Of a stretch of 64,000 bases of DNA, positions 12,060 to 24,699 are shown one piece after another. The translations under genes were made by a program, and so were the position numbers. Each line of letters opens with the position of its first letter. Positions within the stretch are counted from its first letter, which is position 1. The DNA comes from Lama glama (lineage: Eukaryota), in the NCBI GenBank assembly GCA_028534125.1, contig CM052825.1, positions 930,001 to 994,000 on the forward strand, given 5' to 3'. The notes below the pieces were generated by a model. The model did not search any database and was not told the origin of the DNA. It saw only the letters and a program-made list of their open reading frames with translations.

Positions 12060-12500
12060 ACGCTCCCAGTGCGTCGGTCGTCGCGACAGCCAAGGGTGGG
12101 AGCAAGTGTCCATCAAGTGGTAGATGGACGGCTCTGTAAGTCAGGGCACGTCACCCACGCAGCGGGATGAGGTCCGGCCGCCGGACAGAAGGAAGCACGG
12201 ACACTCACTGCAGCCTGGACGGGCCTTGAAAACAAGGTGCTCAGTGAGAGAAGCCAGCTGCCGAAGGCCACGCCCCGTGTGGTTCCCTTTATGTGAGACG
12301 TCAGGAAGCGGTGGGGGGTGGCCCAGAGACAGAAGGCAGGTTAGTGGTCGAGGGGGCTGGAGGGAGATGGCGGTGCCTGCTCGTGGGCGCGGGGTGTCTC
12401 TTGGGGCAATGGGAGTGTTCTGGAACTCAGTGGTGATGGACATAACTGAATATGCGAGAAGCCACTTTAAGAGGATGAACTTCGTGGTCTCTGAGTTGTT
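12060..12500 (+). mobile_element. L1MB-type LINE-1 3' end remnant
   Basis: ccttgaaaac..gtgagagaagccag..cagagacagaaggcaggttagtgg..gttctggaac..gtggtgatgg matches the L1MB 3' UTR pattern. Confidence 0.7.
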
Positions 12501-12911
12501 TGTTTTTAAATTTTTATTGAGGTGTAATTGACTGACAGTATTAGTTTCAGGTGCACAGCAAAGCGCTCAGTTGTGCGCGTTCAGGGTCTCTTGCCTCACA
12601 GGCTCCTGCAGGTGCTGAGCGCGCTCCTGCGCTGTGCGGGAGGTCCTTGCTGTTCACCTTACGTACAGCAGCGTGCCTCTGTCGGTTTGTGGGTTCTGCC
12701 TCAGTAAAGCTGTTATGGATGAAGGTGTGGGTGGGGGAGTGTTGTGCAGGGGGTTTTGGCAGAAAGTAATCTTTACACTTTTTCCATTGTTACTGATGTG
12801 TAACTGATAAATGCTAGTGTTTAAGGTGTAGGAGGCGAGTTTGTGCTACACACACACATTGTGAAGTGACCCCCACAGCCCAGCGAATTAACATTTCCTT
12901 CACCATTTGGA

Positions 12912-13208
12912 TGGTCAAGCACCCCATATCCATAGGAACCACATTCACAGATTTAACCAACCACAGACCAAAAAATATTTGAAAACATTCCCAGAAAGTT
13001 CCAAAAAGCAAGACTTGAATCTGCTGCGTGCCGGCGACTCTTCTCGGAGCACTTACGCCGTGTTAGGTGTCATGAGTGATCCAGAGATGAATTAAAGCGC
13101 GGGGGGTCGTGGGGATCACGTGCGAACATCACACCGTTTTATGTAAGAGCCTTGAGCCTCTGGTATCCTGGGGGGCAGTGTGGGGGGTCGTGGATACAGA
13201 GTAGCTGT
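12912..13208 (+). mobile_element. TcMar-Tigger MITE (Tigger3/MER7/MER2-like)
   Basis: gatttaaccaacc...aaagttccaaaaagcaagacttgaat...ccagagatgaattaaag...gtggatacagag; degenerate terminal inverted repeats. Confidence 0.65.
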
Positions 13209-13599
13209 ATTTTTGAAACATGATCTCACAATCCTGGAGACCCCTGATGTCGAGAGGCGGGGTCTCTAATGGCTCCCCCTGAATCTGGTGCCTGTGGGTA
13301 CTTGGCCCCAGAACACAGCACACAAGACGCTGTGCCTGTTTCTGGGCTTCCAGGACTGGCAGCTTCTACTTCCTGTCTCTGGGGATGGTGGCACTTGCAA
13401 CCCAGCCACCCCATGGAGAGGCCAGGTGGAGAAGAGCTGAGGCCCAACTCCCCCCCCCCCAGCACCCACCCACAGCCACCATGGAGCGCGCCGTCTGGGA
13501 AGCTATCCCACCCAGTGCCACGAGGAGCAGACAACCCTGCCCACACTGCAGACTTGGGAGCAAATGATGATGCTGTGACTGTAAGTCACGGAGATTTAA

Positions 13600-14870
13600 A
13601 AAACCTTTTTTGGACAGAAATTCAAACTTGTGGAAAATGTGCGAGAACAGTACAAAGAATTCCCATGTACCCTTCACCCTGCGCCCCAAAGGTTGACTTC
13701 TTACTGTCTTTGTTTTACCTGTTTCTCTCTGTTCCAATTTTTCTTCCTAAACCATTTAAGAATAAGTTACAGAAGATTCCAATTGGTTCCTAAATACTTG
13801 AGTGTATGTTTTCTAAAAACAAGGAATTCTCTTACATAACAACAGTTCAACTATCAAATCAAGAAATTAACATCAAAATAATGCTCTTCATTAGTCTAAG
13901 GTCCCGTTGGGACTTTGCCAGTTGTTCCAGTAGCATCTGTCATGACGGGAGACATCCAGGATCCTGCAACGCCTTCTGTTGCCCTGCCTCCTGGGGGCCC
14001 TTCCATCTAGAACCGTCCCTGAGTCCTCCTTGGTCGTTCACAACCTTGACAGCGTGGAATCGTCCAGGTCTGTTATTTTGCAGAATTCCTGTCGATTCAG
14101 ATTTGTCCAGTACAGCCTCACAAGTTAGTCCAGGTTATGCACTTTTGGCAGGAATACCATGGTGATGCTACATTCTTCTCATTACATCTTATCAGTAGGT
14201 ACATGATGTTAACTTATCCCGTTATGGACAAAGTTAGTTTGATTATTTGGTTAAGGTGGTGCCTGCTGGATTTCTTCTTTCTCAAGTTACCATTTTGCCT
14301 TTGTAGCAAAGAAGTGCATTAAAAATAAGCTTTGAGACTGGGTAAATGTTTCTTCCCCCACAAATTTGCTTTTCAGCTCCCTGGTCAGNNNNNNNNNNNN
14401 NNNNNNNNNNNNNNNNNNNNNNNNNNNNNNNNNNNNNNNNNNNNNNNNNNNNNNNNNNNNNNNNNNNNNNNNNNNNNNNNNNNNNNNNNNNNNNNNNNNN
14501 NNNNNNNNNNNNNNNNNNNNNNNNNNNNNNNNNNNNNNNNNNNNNNNNNNNNNNNNNNNNNNNNNNNNTCTTCTTCTCATTTCTTCCATGTTTCTCAGCT
14601 GGCATTCTGATGCCCCTTCTGCAACAGGAAGAGCAGTAGTGTCTTTTGCATTTATTCATTTTTTCCCATCAGTTTGGACTCATGGCTTCTTTCTTTATTC
14701 AGCAGAATATCTTCCTTTACTATGGTTATTTATGTGATGCTCAGATTTCCTAGATTTAATCAGTAGGGGCCCCATCAAGCTGGTTCCTGTCTTCTCTTGA
14801 CAGGACTCCATCATTCTTTAAACACTTCCTCGCTTCCCCTACATCTTACTTTTCAGAGTCACCAAATGTT
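13600..14870 (-). mobile_element. Old L1 (L1MC/L1MD-like) fragments
   Basis: AT-rich block with typical antisense L1M 3' motifs (acaaggaattctcttacataac, ttggcaggaataccat, cccatcaagctggttcctgt). Confidence 0.55.
14389..14568. other. Assembly gap (180 N) within an old L1 fragment
   Basis: Run of N. Confidence 1.
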
Positions 14871-16544
14871 GAGGTTGTTTGTTACACAAGAATAAATAAC
14901 TGCTACAGATGGCTGGGCAGGAGGGTGGAGAAGAAGAGTGAACGATGGAGAAGGGTTGAGGGGGGAGGAGTGTCAGTGAGTGAAGAGTGGAACCCACCGC
15001 CTAAAAGGGGAAGACCAGCATGGGGAGGACAGATGGGTGGAGGGACACGGGGGTGGGCGGACAGCCAGGGGGTGAGTTTGGGTGGGGGCATCAAGAAATG
15101 CCCCCTCTGCATCAGGCTCCCGGCAGCCTCCCCAGCCTGCCCCATCAAGGCTTCCCCTGCTAGTGCTGGGCAGACCCTCTTTTCAGACCTTCCAGTGGGA
15201 GCTGGGCTGCCAGCTGCCGCAGACAGCAGGGTTCTAGGAAGCAGTGGGAAGGCAGCCATCAAACCAGGGCCAGATTCCAGCGAAGACTGCCCAGTGCCTG
15301 CCTTCCTCTGGGGTCCTCCAGCTGACTCTCGTGCAGTGTGAACGCATGCCCATTGTGGGGAACGGGGCACTTCTAGCAGGAGCCACCATTCTGTGAGCTG
15401 TGCCAACCTCTGACCCAGCCACTGCTCTAAGGATTTGACCCTAAATCTGCAGAAATGCAGGCCCCAGGTTGACCCTTTCGGAGGACCAGTGTCCAGCAAC
15501 CTGGACTGCTCAGTGCAGCCATGAGGCATCCAGACAACACACTTCTCAGAAGCTGCTGTGAAAAGACCAACCAAACGGACCCTTCTGTGGTGAAACTGCA
15601 CAATCATGGCTCAGGAAAAGAAGCTGTCCGTGCACCAGGACGTAGGAAGTGACCACATCTCTCTAAAAGTAGAAAAAGTCTGGAAAGAAATACGCCCAGT
15701 GGTCTCCATGGTTACAGGGGAGGGCCGGCAGCGCAAGGCACCCTCTCTGTGTGGTTCATTTTTGTGATTGTGTGAGTGTCCCAGAAAAAAAGTTTCCACT
15801 GGGGACTGAAGAAGAGTGTGTTTACCCAGGGCGGGGAGGCTGTCATGGGACCCTCCCACAGAGGCCACCTGGGTCCTAGTCTCCCTTTCTGTCCCAGGAC
15901 GGGACAGGCACAGTCCAGCCTGGCATTTGCAGCATTGGCCCTTCCTTGGAATGTGTTCTCCATTTTCTTTCTCGCTGGACAACCTCTTCTTCCTTCAAAA
16001 CCCAGCCTCCCAGCTTCATCCCTTCCTCCGTGAAGCCCTCCGGGGTTCCCCTTCCAGGGCAGGCTGTGTCCACTCTCCTGCCAGTGCCCTCCCCTGGGCC
16101 ACCTGTGCACCAGTGTGGCTGCGCTCAAGGGGAGTGCCCCCCAGGGACCATGCAAGGCCCTTGCAGAACAAAGCTGGCCTGCCTGACCATTCTGGATGAG
16201 CCCCAGATGCTGGGGTCGGGGTCCTGGAGGCTGGAGGTTGAGGGGTAGGTGGACATATCTTTCCCTTGCGGGTCCCGGGGCACAGCAGCCCAGGGTCTCA
16301 GATGCTCAGATGCGTGGGCCTCATTGGAGGACTGTCCCCCACAGTGCTGCCTGTCCACCCAGCCAGTTGGCCACGCCTGGTCCAAGACAGAGGAGGAGGC
16401 TGCAGAGGGGTGAGGAGGGGCCGCTAAGGCAGCCCACGCAGAGCTCTGAGTCCATGGGCCCCAGCGCAGGCCCAGGAATATGCATCCCTCAGGCTCCCCA
16501 AAGACGCAGGTGTCTCCAGACCTCCCCAAGTCCCCCGGCATCAG

Positions 16545-16918
16545 CTTCCTGCGGAAACACCACAGGTCGGGTGGCTAAACCAGACACCACTCCCACGGTC
16601 CTGGAGGCTGGAAGTCCAAGGTCAGGTGTCAAGGGGCCGCACTCCCACAGAGGCCCTAAGGGAGGGTCCCTCCTGCCTCTTCCAGCTCCTAGCGGTTCTG
16701 GGCTCCTGGGCTGGTGGCCACGTTCTCTGTCTCTGCCGCCAGCTCCCCGGGCCTCCTCTCTCTGTGTGTCTCTTTTCTCCCAGTGGGTTTTGGGCCCACC
16801 CTAATCCAGGATGAGCTCAGTTGAGATCCTTACCTGAATTACATCCTCAAGGAGCGCACTTCCCAAAGTCCATCCTGAGGGTCCGGGTGGACATGTTTGG
16901 CGACCTCCCTTTAGCCCA
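16545..16918 (-). mobile_element. MaLR LTR (MLT1B/C-like)
   Basis: ctggaggctggaagtccaaggtcaggtgtc...cctgcctcttccagct...gggcccaccctaatccaggatga...gagatccttac. Confidence 0.7.
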
Positions 16919-19407
16919 CGGCAGCTGCATACCGAAGACCCCAGTATGCGTGACCTGCCGCTCTCCCTCCCACTCCGTCCCAGCACCTGCCTCTGGTCTC
17001 AGGGCCTCGGCTTGTGCTATTTCTGTGCCAGGAACCCCCACCCTTGCCCCCAGAACCACGGCCTTGTCCCCACTGGGTCTGCCCTGCCCTTGGAAACCTC
17101 CTTAGGAACCCTCGCCCCGCCCCCAGGTCCCGTCGCTTACCTGTTTGCTCCTCCCATCCGGCCTGTCTCCCCCTGCCTGACATGCGCCCCCGCTGCTCCC
17201 AGGCTGTGTGTCTCCTGCTGGCTCAGAGCCGCAGGCTCCGCTCAGTCAGCGTGGCGGGATGTGCGGACATGCAGTGCGTAAGGCCCTGGGGCCTAGGGAG
17301 ACCGCGGAGGAGAAGCGTAATGATCACGTTCAGCCTGGAGGGATGTGTCTGGGCAGGCAAGCCCAGGCCTCTGTGCTCCACAGTCCCAGGTCACCTTTGC
17401 TGTGACCCAGGGCCTCCACAAGAACCCTGGCCTCCAGGCCCTGACCTGCTGAGCGCGTGTAGGGGCCGCACCTCCGATGGGCCCCCGGGCTCTGCAGAGG
17501 GAAGCTGCGGATGCCAGGGGCTGAGTGGCCAGCAGGTGGGGGACAGAGGTGAGAGGGGCCTGCCCAGGCCCCGAGGGGGGAAGAGTGAGGTGGGCGGGCT
17601 GCCGCAGCATGTGGTTTAACGGCCTCTGGGCCAGGAAGCAGCTGCTCCCGTCTGCAGGCCTGAGCTCCAGAGCTGGGCTCCAACCTGCGTCACGTCTCCT
17701 GGGTTTAGGCCTCCTCGGCTGGGTCAGGGTCCCTGGCCCAGCCAGGCCTGGCCCTTCCCAGCACTCCCAGTGTGGGGAGCATGAGATGAGGCACCCTGGG
17801 GAGCGACCACAGGGGGCTGGGGGCCAGTGGGTTCCCAACTACCTTGTCTGCTAAATTTAGAAGCCACCTTATTCGCGTGGCAGCCCCACCAGCCCGGTGC
17901 CTGACTAGGCTTCAGCTCTGAGTCAGGGGCCATGGGCACTCGGATGACCACGTCCCAGGCAGGGGCAGCTGGGAGCCCACTGACATGCAAGCGGAGGTCT
18001 TGGGAATTCTCTCGGCTAACAAACATTCCCAGACAGAGCGTTTGATGCTGGAAGCCACCCGTGGGACGCCGCCGTGGTGAGGCCTGCACAGGGCTGGGTG
18101 ACGATGACTCCTTGCCCAGGGCCTGCAGCCATCTCCTGAGAGCGGACATCCGAGACCCTGGCCAGCGAGCGGAACCACCAGGGAGGCTGCCTTTGGCCGG
18201 AGGTGGGGAAGCACTTTCCAACAATTGTCCGAAAATAGAACGGGCCCGCTCCCGAGGAAATGAGCCCCTGTCACGGGAAGGGAGCAAGTGGGAGCAGGGA
18301 GCCTGCTGAGCAGGGAGGGGCTCCAGGCCTCCGACCCCTAGAGGCCCCGGGCCCTCAGTTTCTCCCTCTCACACCCCGAAGGCTTGAGGGGTGGGGCAGA
18401 GAGGGCAGGCCCTGGCGCAGGCCTGGCCCCAGCGTGCTGCCTGGAGGAGGGGCTCACTTCCTCCCTGGACCCTGGTGTGCCAGCAGAGATCAGATGGGGT
18501 GGGAGCCGATGTCCCATCTCGGCCGCAGGGCCCCGCTCCGTTCAGTTCGGGTCGAAGGCCGGTCACACTCCGCCGTCGCTGGGCTCAGCAGCCCCTACCC
18601 TGAGCACCTAGGCCCCCGGGGCCAGGCTGGGGAGCCCAGAGCCCACCTCTGGTGGAAAGCAGGAAGACGGAAACACAGTCCTCCTGGTGACATGCTGTGG
18701 CTTCCACGCCTTCGAGAGGCTTCCAGGGGGCAGGAGGCTCGTGTCAACCCTGGAGAGCCGGGCGGAGAGAAGCTGGGTGCCCCTGATCCCTCTGCCTGGC
18801 CCGCCTCTGTGGCATCCTGGGGTTCCAGGGAATACAGTTGGAGAACCAGGGCAAGGGGCCGTGGACTAAGGCATAGGGAGCCCCAGGCCCAGCTCCACCT
18901 CCCCGCCACCCAGCACCTCGGCAGATTCCAAGGTCTCCCAGGAATGGCTGAGGCTGGGTTTCCTCGTTAAGGAGGCTGGTGGCAGCCCCAGGGGCACCAG
19001 GGACCAGTTGGCATGGTAGGGGGAGGAGGGCTGAGGTCAAGGGCTGGTGGGGCAGGGGTCACAGCCGACATCAGGGGGACTGTGCTGGGGCCTGGGTGGG
19101 GAGGGTCTCTTCGCCAGGCACAGTGCTTCCTCTGGGGGCAACAGACCAAGACCCTCCATCTTTCTCCCCTCCTAGGGCTAAGTGGGGTGGGAAGGGGTGA
19201 GGACACCGAAACAGTGCCCCCTGCGCCTCCCTGCCTGTCCTGGGCAGCCCTGACGCCACCTCTTCCGTCTCGCTGTCCCTACACACCATCAGAATCCCCC
19301 CCACACTGTCGGGGGGTCCACGAGGTTTTGTTTCCTGTTTCAGCTGGTTCAAGTTCCCTGCAAAGACCACGTATTAGGTTTAAAATTAGAGACACACCTT
19401 CATGCAC

Positions 19408-19513
19408 TTTTTTTCCTTCCTTTTCTTTTCTTCCTTAATGGAGGTACCAGGGATTGAACCGAGGACTTTGTGCATGCTAAGCACGTGCTCCACCTCTGGG
19501 CTCTACCCACCCT
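19408..19513 (-). mobile_element. tRNA-Ala-derived SINE (Vic-1-like, camelid)
   Basis: ggaggtaccagggattgaaccgaggactttgtgcatgctaagcac with T-rich tail; imperfect target-site duplication (TSD) catgcactttt/cacacactttt. Confidence 0.8.
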
Positions 19514-20169
19514 CACACACTTTTCTTAAAAGTAAATACGTGGAAATAAATGTCCTAGAGATTCTAACCCGCACCCTAGCCGCACTTTTTCCAGTCAATG
19601 CTTTTCTTCAGTTAGCACCCTCACGAATGCACAGTATGTCATGGGTTCGAAATTTTGGCTCAGAAATCAGGGTTGGGGCAGATTTTCCCAGGTTGGGACG
19701 GATGTTCCCGGGCTGAGGAAAGGCCGGGGGAGGGAGAGGAGGGCCCAGCCCCCAGGCACTCAGATCACTGATCATTCACAGCCTGAATTTATTCACAAGG
19801 AGGCTTGGTCGGGCGGACTGGGCTCAGCTGGGCGGTTCTTGGGGGTGAGGGTGGGGCAGGGAGGGCAGGTGCAGATGGAGTTGGGGGCTGGGTGGGGGGC
19901 ATCCTCGTGGCCCGCTGTGCTCAGTGCTGCGTGGGCTGGGCCCTCGGCAGGGACACTGGGACGTGGCACGAGCTCCCTCACGGCATGGCCCCATGTGCCC
20001 AGGTCAGGAGCCGCAGGGACACAGCTGGGCTGGAGCCACACTGCTGCTCCACACGACACGGTGAGAGGGACTCATGCACCGCTGTGCTGGACACCAGCAA
20101 CTAACACAGCATAGTCAATCAACTACACGTCAATTAAAACACTTGCAAGGTTTTTAAATAAAAAAATAA

Positions 20170-21110
20170 AGCAGGGTTTGGTCCTCTGTGCTTGGCTCTC
20201 CGTGGCCGACAGTCCGTCCGGGGTTCCCGGCACAGAGCTCCCAGAGCCCTTGGCGCTTCCTGATGGATAGCGGTGTCTTGTTATTCCCAAGAAGCCTTTT
20301 TTTTTTTTTTTTACATTGTTTTTTAACTGTTTTTTTTAAAGGAGGTACTGGGATTGAACCCAGGACCCCATGCGTGCTAAGGTGGGCTCTTCCCCTGAGC
20401 AGTACCCTCCCCCAACAACAAGCCCCTTTCAACCACACCTGAGTTTATGCTAACAGGTGACTCAGGGCAGCGGCTGGGGCCCAGACAGCTCCAGGCTGAG
20501 GGGCCGGGTCACCAGAGGAACCAACCACACGATGAGAGACTGCACCCCACCCGCCCACTCAGGGCTCCGTGGGGGGGCACCTGGAGACTGAGCCCAATCG
20601 TCAGTGGCCAGTGACTGAATCACAAGTGCCTGCGTAGTGACTGATGAAAAGTCTCAAGGGATAAGTTCTGAGAGCTTCCGGGCTGGTGAGCACGTCCATG
20701 TGGGGAGACGGCGTGATGCTCTGCAGCCCCCGCCCCTCCTCTGCCGACACCTCACCCTCAGCCTCCCTTCCGAAGGGCGGTTCTGGAGCTGCAGCCTCTA
20801 CGATGCAACCGTCCTCCGGGGGACGATGCCTTCCCGAGTTCTGCGCTTTGCTCTGTCATGGTGGCTTGTTGAACCTGCGGTAGGGGTCAAGGGAACTCCC
20901 CAACTAGTAGTCGGCCAGTAGAAGTGTGGTTAGCCTGGGGACCTGGGACTTGGAGCGAGCCTGGGGGGCGGCCTCGGGGGCCGAAGCCCTCACCTGTGCG
21001 CTGGCTCTGGGAGCTAGGGGCAGAACTGGTTGAATCGCAGGACACCCAGCTGGGGCCGGAGCCCCGGAGGGCTGGTTGGCATTTGGAAAAACCAAACAGT
21101 TGGTCTCATG
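20170..21110 (+). mobile_element. MER21-like ERVL LTR, interrupted by a SINE
   Basis: ggcacagagctccc...caagcccctttcaaccacacctgagtttatgctaa...gagagcttccgggctggtgagcac...caggacacccagctgg matches the remembered MER21 consensus. Confidence 0.7.
20297..20413 (-). mobile_element. Vic-1-like SINE inserted in MER21
   Basis: Poly-T tail, ggaggtactgggattgaacccaggacc; TSD caagaagcc/caacaagcc. Confidence 0.8.
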
Positions 21111-21639
21111 GCCTAACCCTGACCGCACGGAATGTCTCTTCCTCCGCCCTCCGTTGGCCTAGGCTGTCACCAAGGCCTGGCCAGGTTACACACTCTGCTT
21201 GTTGGTGGAAGGCCTTGTCCCCGCCCTCTCTGGAAACACAGCGCACCACCGTCGTGAAACCAGGCTTTGGCAATTGGCCTGCTGCCAATCACAGCGTCCG
21301 GGAACCAGCTCTACCTGCCAGTTGGCGGACACGTGGGTTGTCTCGGTTTGGGGAGATTACAAATAAGGCCAGAATGAATACCTCTGCACAGGCCTTTCAC
21401 TTGAACCCAGTTTCACTGCATGCAGACACCTCAGTGCTGTCTTGGTGCTGGGTCCTCCTTAGCTTGGAGGTGACAGAGCTAACCTGCGGGTCCTTCAGAG
21501 GAGTCTAATGGGCACAGCTAAGGACCTCACCTGGCATCTGGGGCAGAGAAAGACTCAAAACATGCAGTGACTGATATCCCTGCTGCTGCAGGGGCGGGGG
21601 CGGACACGGCCGCCACACCGCGGCTTGAACTTCCCCGGG

Positions 21640-22136
21640 CCGTGTCTGAGCCACAGCACCATTTGCGTTTCTGATGGGATAATTCTTTGCTGCGGGGCCA
21701 TCCTGGGTGCCGGGGGGCATTTAGCGGCATCCTTGGCCTTCATCCTCCAGATGCCACTAGCAAGGCTGAGGGGAGGGACCATTCAAAGTTTATTCTTCAA
21801 CAGACAGACAGCATCAGCGGGTTGAACCGCAGGGGTTTCTCGCAGATCACACACACACTCACGAGGCGTCATCAGCTTAACAAGGGAGAGAGCCTCTGTA
21901 ACAAAACCCACATCGCAGCGTAAACAGGTACCAGTACTGTGTTCACTACAATTCCAGAGGGAAAGACACAACTTGGGAAAAAAATTTTCTTCTTTTTGTT
22001 TGGATCCGAAAGTCAAGTGTAATTACCAAGAGACAGACTGCTGACAACGGTCCTAATCCCGCCCAAGCCGTGACAACCAAGAGCGCAAAAGTGTCTCCAG
22101 TCTTCTTGCCGAGTGTCCCCGGGGTGAGAACCACTG
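21640..22136 (+). mobile_element. MER20 (hAT-Charlie) split by an insertion of about 300 bp
   Basis: 5' half gggataattctttgctgcgggg...ccagatgcca (to ~21762); 3' half tgacaaccaa...gtgtctccag...gagaaccactg (22061-22136). Confidence 0.65.
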
Positions 22137-24387
22137 CTGGCAGGGTCTCCAAGTCCCGCAGGCACAAATGGCGGGTTTATTTGCAGAATGAAGGCCTGTT
22201 TCCCGGGGTGGAGGGGGGTACGCAGCATGTGGCTGTCCTGCCCCAGGGGCACGTGGCAAGGTGTCCAGGGTGCAAAGGACATCTCAGAGCTGTGGTCACC
22301 GCTGGCCCTCTCCTTTGTCATTCACAGGTTTGGGTCACAGGCCGTCAGACACAGGGATGAGAGAGTTCAGTGAGACACCGGTGGCCATGAGCAAGCGGGT
22401 TTGCCACTACCTGGGTCTCAAGTGCCCCCCGCCCCAGAACACGGGGCCCAGCTCTCCTGTTGTGTCTGTGTAACCCGCGGGTGCAGTGCCGGGTTGGGGC
22501 AGCGTCTGCAGGCCTGGGCGCGGCGAGGACAGCCCATGTGCCCTCCCCAACTGGTCCGCTGGCAGCTGATGGGTTGCAAGTATCAGCAGGGACCTCCCCC
22601 AGGGGGCGCTGTGCAGAGGGCACGGCTGTTGCCCAGTGAACACGGAGAGGCAGTCGGGCTGGGGACTGGGGGTGAAGGAACCTTGACAGAATTGTTTTCA
22701 AGTTGTGAATGGAAACCGGCCTTGTTACTTAATAACACATGCATGTATAAGCGTTGTCATCATCGTCACGGGAGTCCCTCACTTGGGGACACTGCATGTT
22801 ACAGTGAGCTCCCTCAGCTGGGTCCTGAGTCAACCCTACGCCCAGTTTAGGGACATGGAGCCAGACTCAGGGATGGCCGCAAAGCCAATGGATGGCAGGG
22901 GAGCATCTGGAAGCTGAACTCCTGCTTCCTCCCTCTCCAGGGCCTCTCTGCCCCCCATCCCCCGCCCCCCAGCCATATGTGAGACGCAAGGAGCCCTGTC
23001 CCTGCGCTGGAGGAGGAAAGGACTGGTTCAAGACTGAGAGTTTCCAGACTTGCTTTTCTCCCAGCTGAGCTGACCGCCTCCTTCACCCCGGAAACCCCTT
23101 GGGGACAGAGGCTCCCAGCCACTCCCCATAGCCCCCTGCACTACCTTCACTGCTTCCTGGTGGAGGACCAGCCTGTAGGGGTGGGGGCAGTGGCTGGGGG
23201 CCTCTGTCTGCTTGTCTCCCTCCAACTTCTGGGGTGGACCACGCACACTCCCAGGAGGGCCCTTGGCCCAGAGAAGCTTTCCTGAGGGACTGCTCCAGCC
23301 CAGCCGGGCCCTGAGAGCAGGTGCGCCAGCGACACTCTCAGGGGCCGAGGCTTGGGCCTGGCCCTGCACAGCCAGGCGCGCACCACCTTGGACAAGTGTC
23401 CCTCCTCCCCGACCCTCCACGTCCCTCATCTCAAAGGACAGCCATGGCCGGCGTGGACGCGGGAAGGGCAGTGCTCAACGCTGCCAGCTGTGCTAAGATG
23501 CATGAGCCATTTGCTCTCAGGTCAGCAAACACCCCCCCTGCAAAGGCTGCCCCTTTACAGGGCGTGGGTGCCAGTCCCAGCCCTTCAGCTCCCAGAGAGC
23601 CCCACTTGGCTGCCATGGTGGGGGGCGCACAGCAGGATGTCCTCATGGTCCAGCTCATCCCAGGTCCCACCCCCACTTCTGGGGTCAGGGGCCCTGGGGG
23701 CAGTTGTGAGGATGCGTAGGGGTAGTGACGGCTGGGGGCCCCTTCAGGGAGAACACTGCCCCTTCCCTGCAGAGTGACTACTCTCAGGGGCATCAGTGTC
23801 CCTCCCTTTCCCTGGACCTTGGCCAGAGCCACCTGAGTCTGCCCTCTGGCATTCCTTTCCTCCGACTGGCAGGAAGGAGGGAGGGGCAGGGTGGACCCTC
23901 CAAGGGGGAGGGGGGACCCAGGCTCCTCCCCAAGAACCAGCCTTGCCCAGCTGGGCGATAGGGCAGGTCCTGTTCACCCTAGGCTGGCAGCCCCGATGGT
24001 CACAAGCCTCTTCCCAGGGCAAAGAGGAGCAGTTTATCTGGGGAACCAGCGCTGCCTCTGTCATAAAGCCTTCAAAAAAGGACCATTTATCAAGGCCAAC
24101 CAGGAACCCGGCGCTGTGCGAAGGTCTTCGTGGCCATTTAGACAGTGAACCGTCATGAGAGTCCTGTGAGGTCAGCAGAGGCTCCTTCACTTTATTTCAT
24201 TTTTAATTTGATTTTATAGTCTTGAACAGCTAATACATTACAAGGGCTGACGGGTGAAACGGCATGAAGAGTCTGACGGGGAAATCTCGTGTCTGGTCCC
24301 GCCCCACCCACCCCTGACCACCAAAGGCACCCCTTTCTTTAGCTTCCTGTATCCTCTCCACCTTCCTCCTGCTGGTACCAACACAAA

Positions 24388-24670
24388 CACAGCCGCCTGC
24401 CCTCTGCGGACACCAACATCTGAGGCTGCTCGAGTCCCTTACATAAAACAGCAGTGTTTGCATGTCACCTGCACAACGTACTTTAAATCATCGCTAGACT
24501 ATTTATAACACATACTAACCTGTAATTGCCATGCAAATCATTGCTGATACGTTGCAAACTCAAGTTTTGCTTTTTGGAATTTTCCGGAATTTTTTCCCCC
24601 AACTGTTTTCAACCTGAGGTTGGTTAAATCTGAGGACATGGAACCTAAAGATGCACATGGCTGCCTCTGT
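24388..24670 (-). mobile_element. TcMar-Tigger MITE (MER2-like)
   Basis: gagtcccttacataaaa...tactttaaatcatc...caagttttgctttttggaa...ggttggttaaatc; reverse-orientation relative of 12912-13208. Confidence 0.65.
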
Positions 24671-24699
24671 AACATATTTATCTCCCTTACTCCCTAACC

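Noticed and set aside
22596-22611. CTCF site (cccccagggggcgctg)
   Set aside because: Imperfect match that easily arises by chance at this GC content; not supportable without ChIP or conservation.
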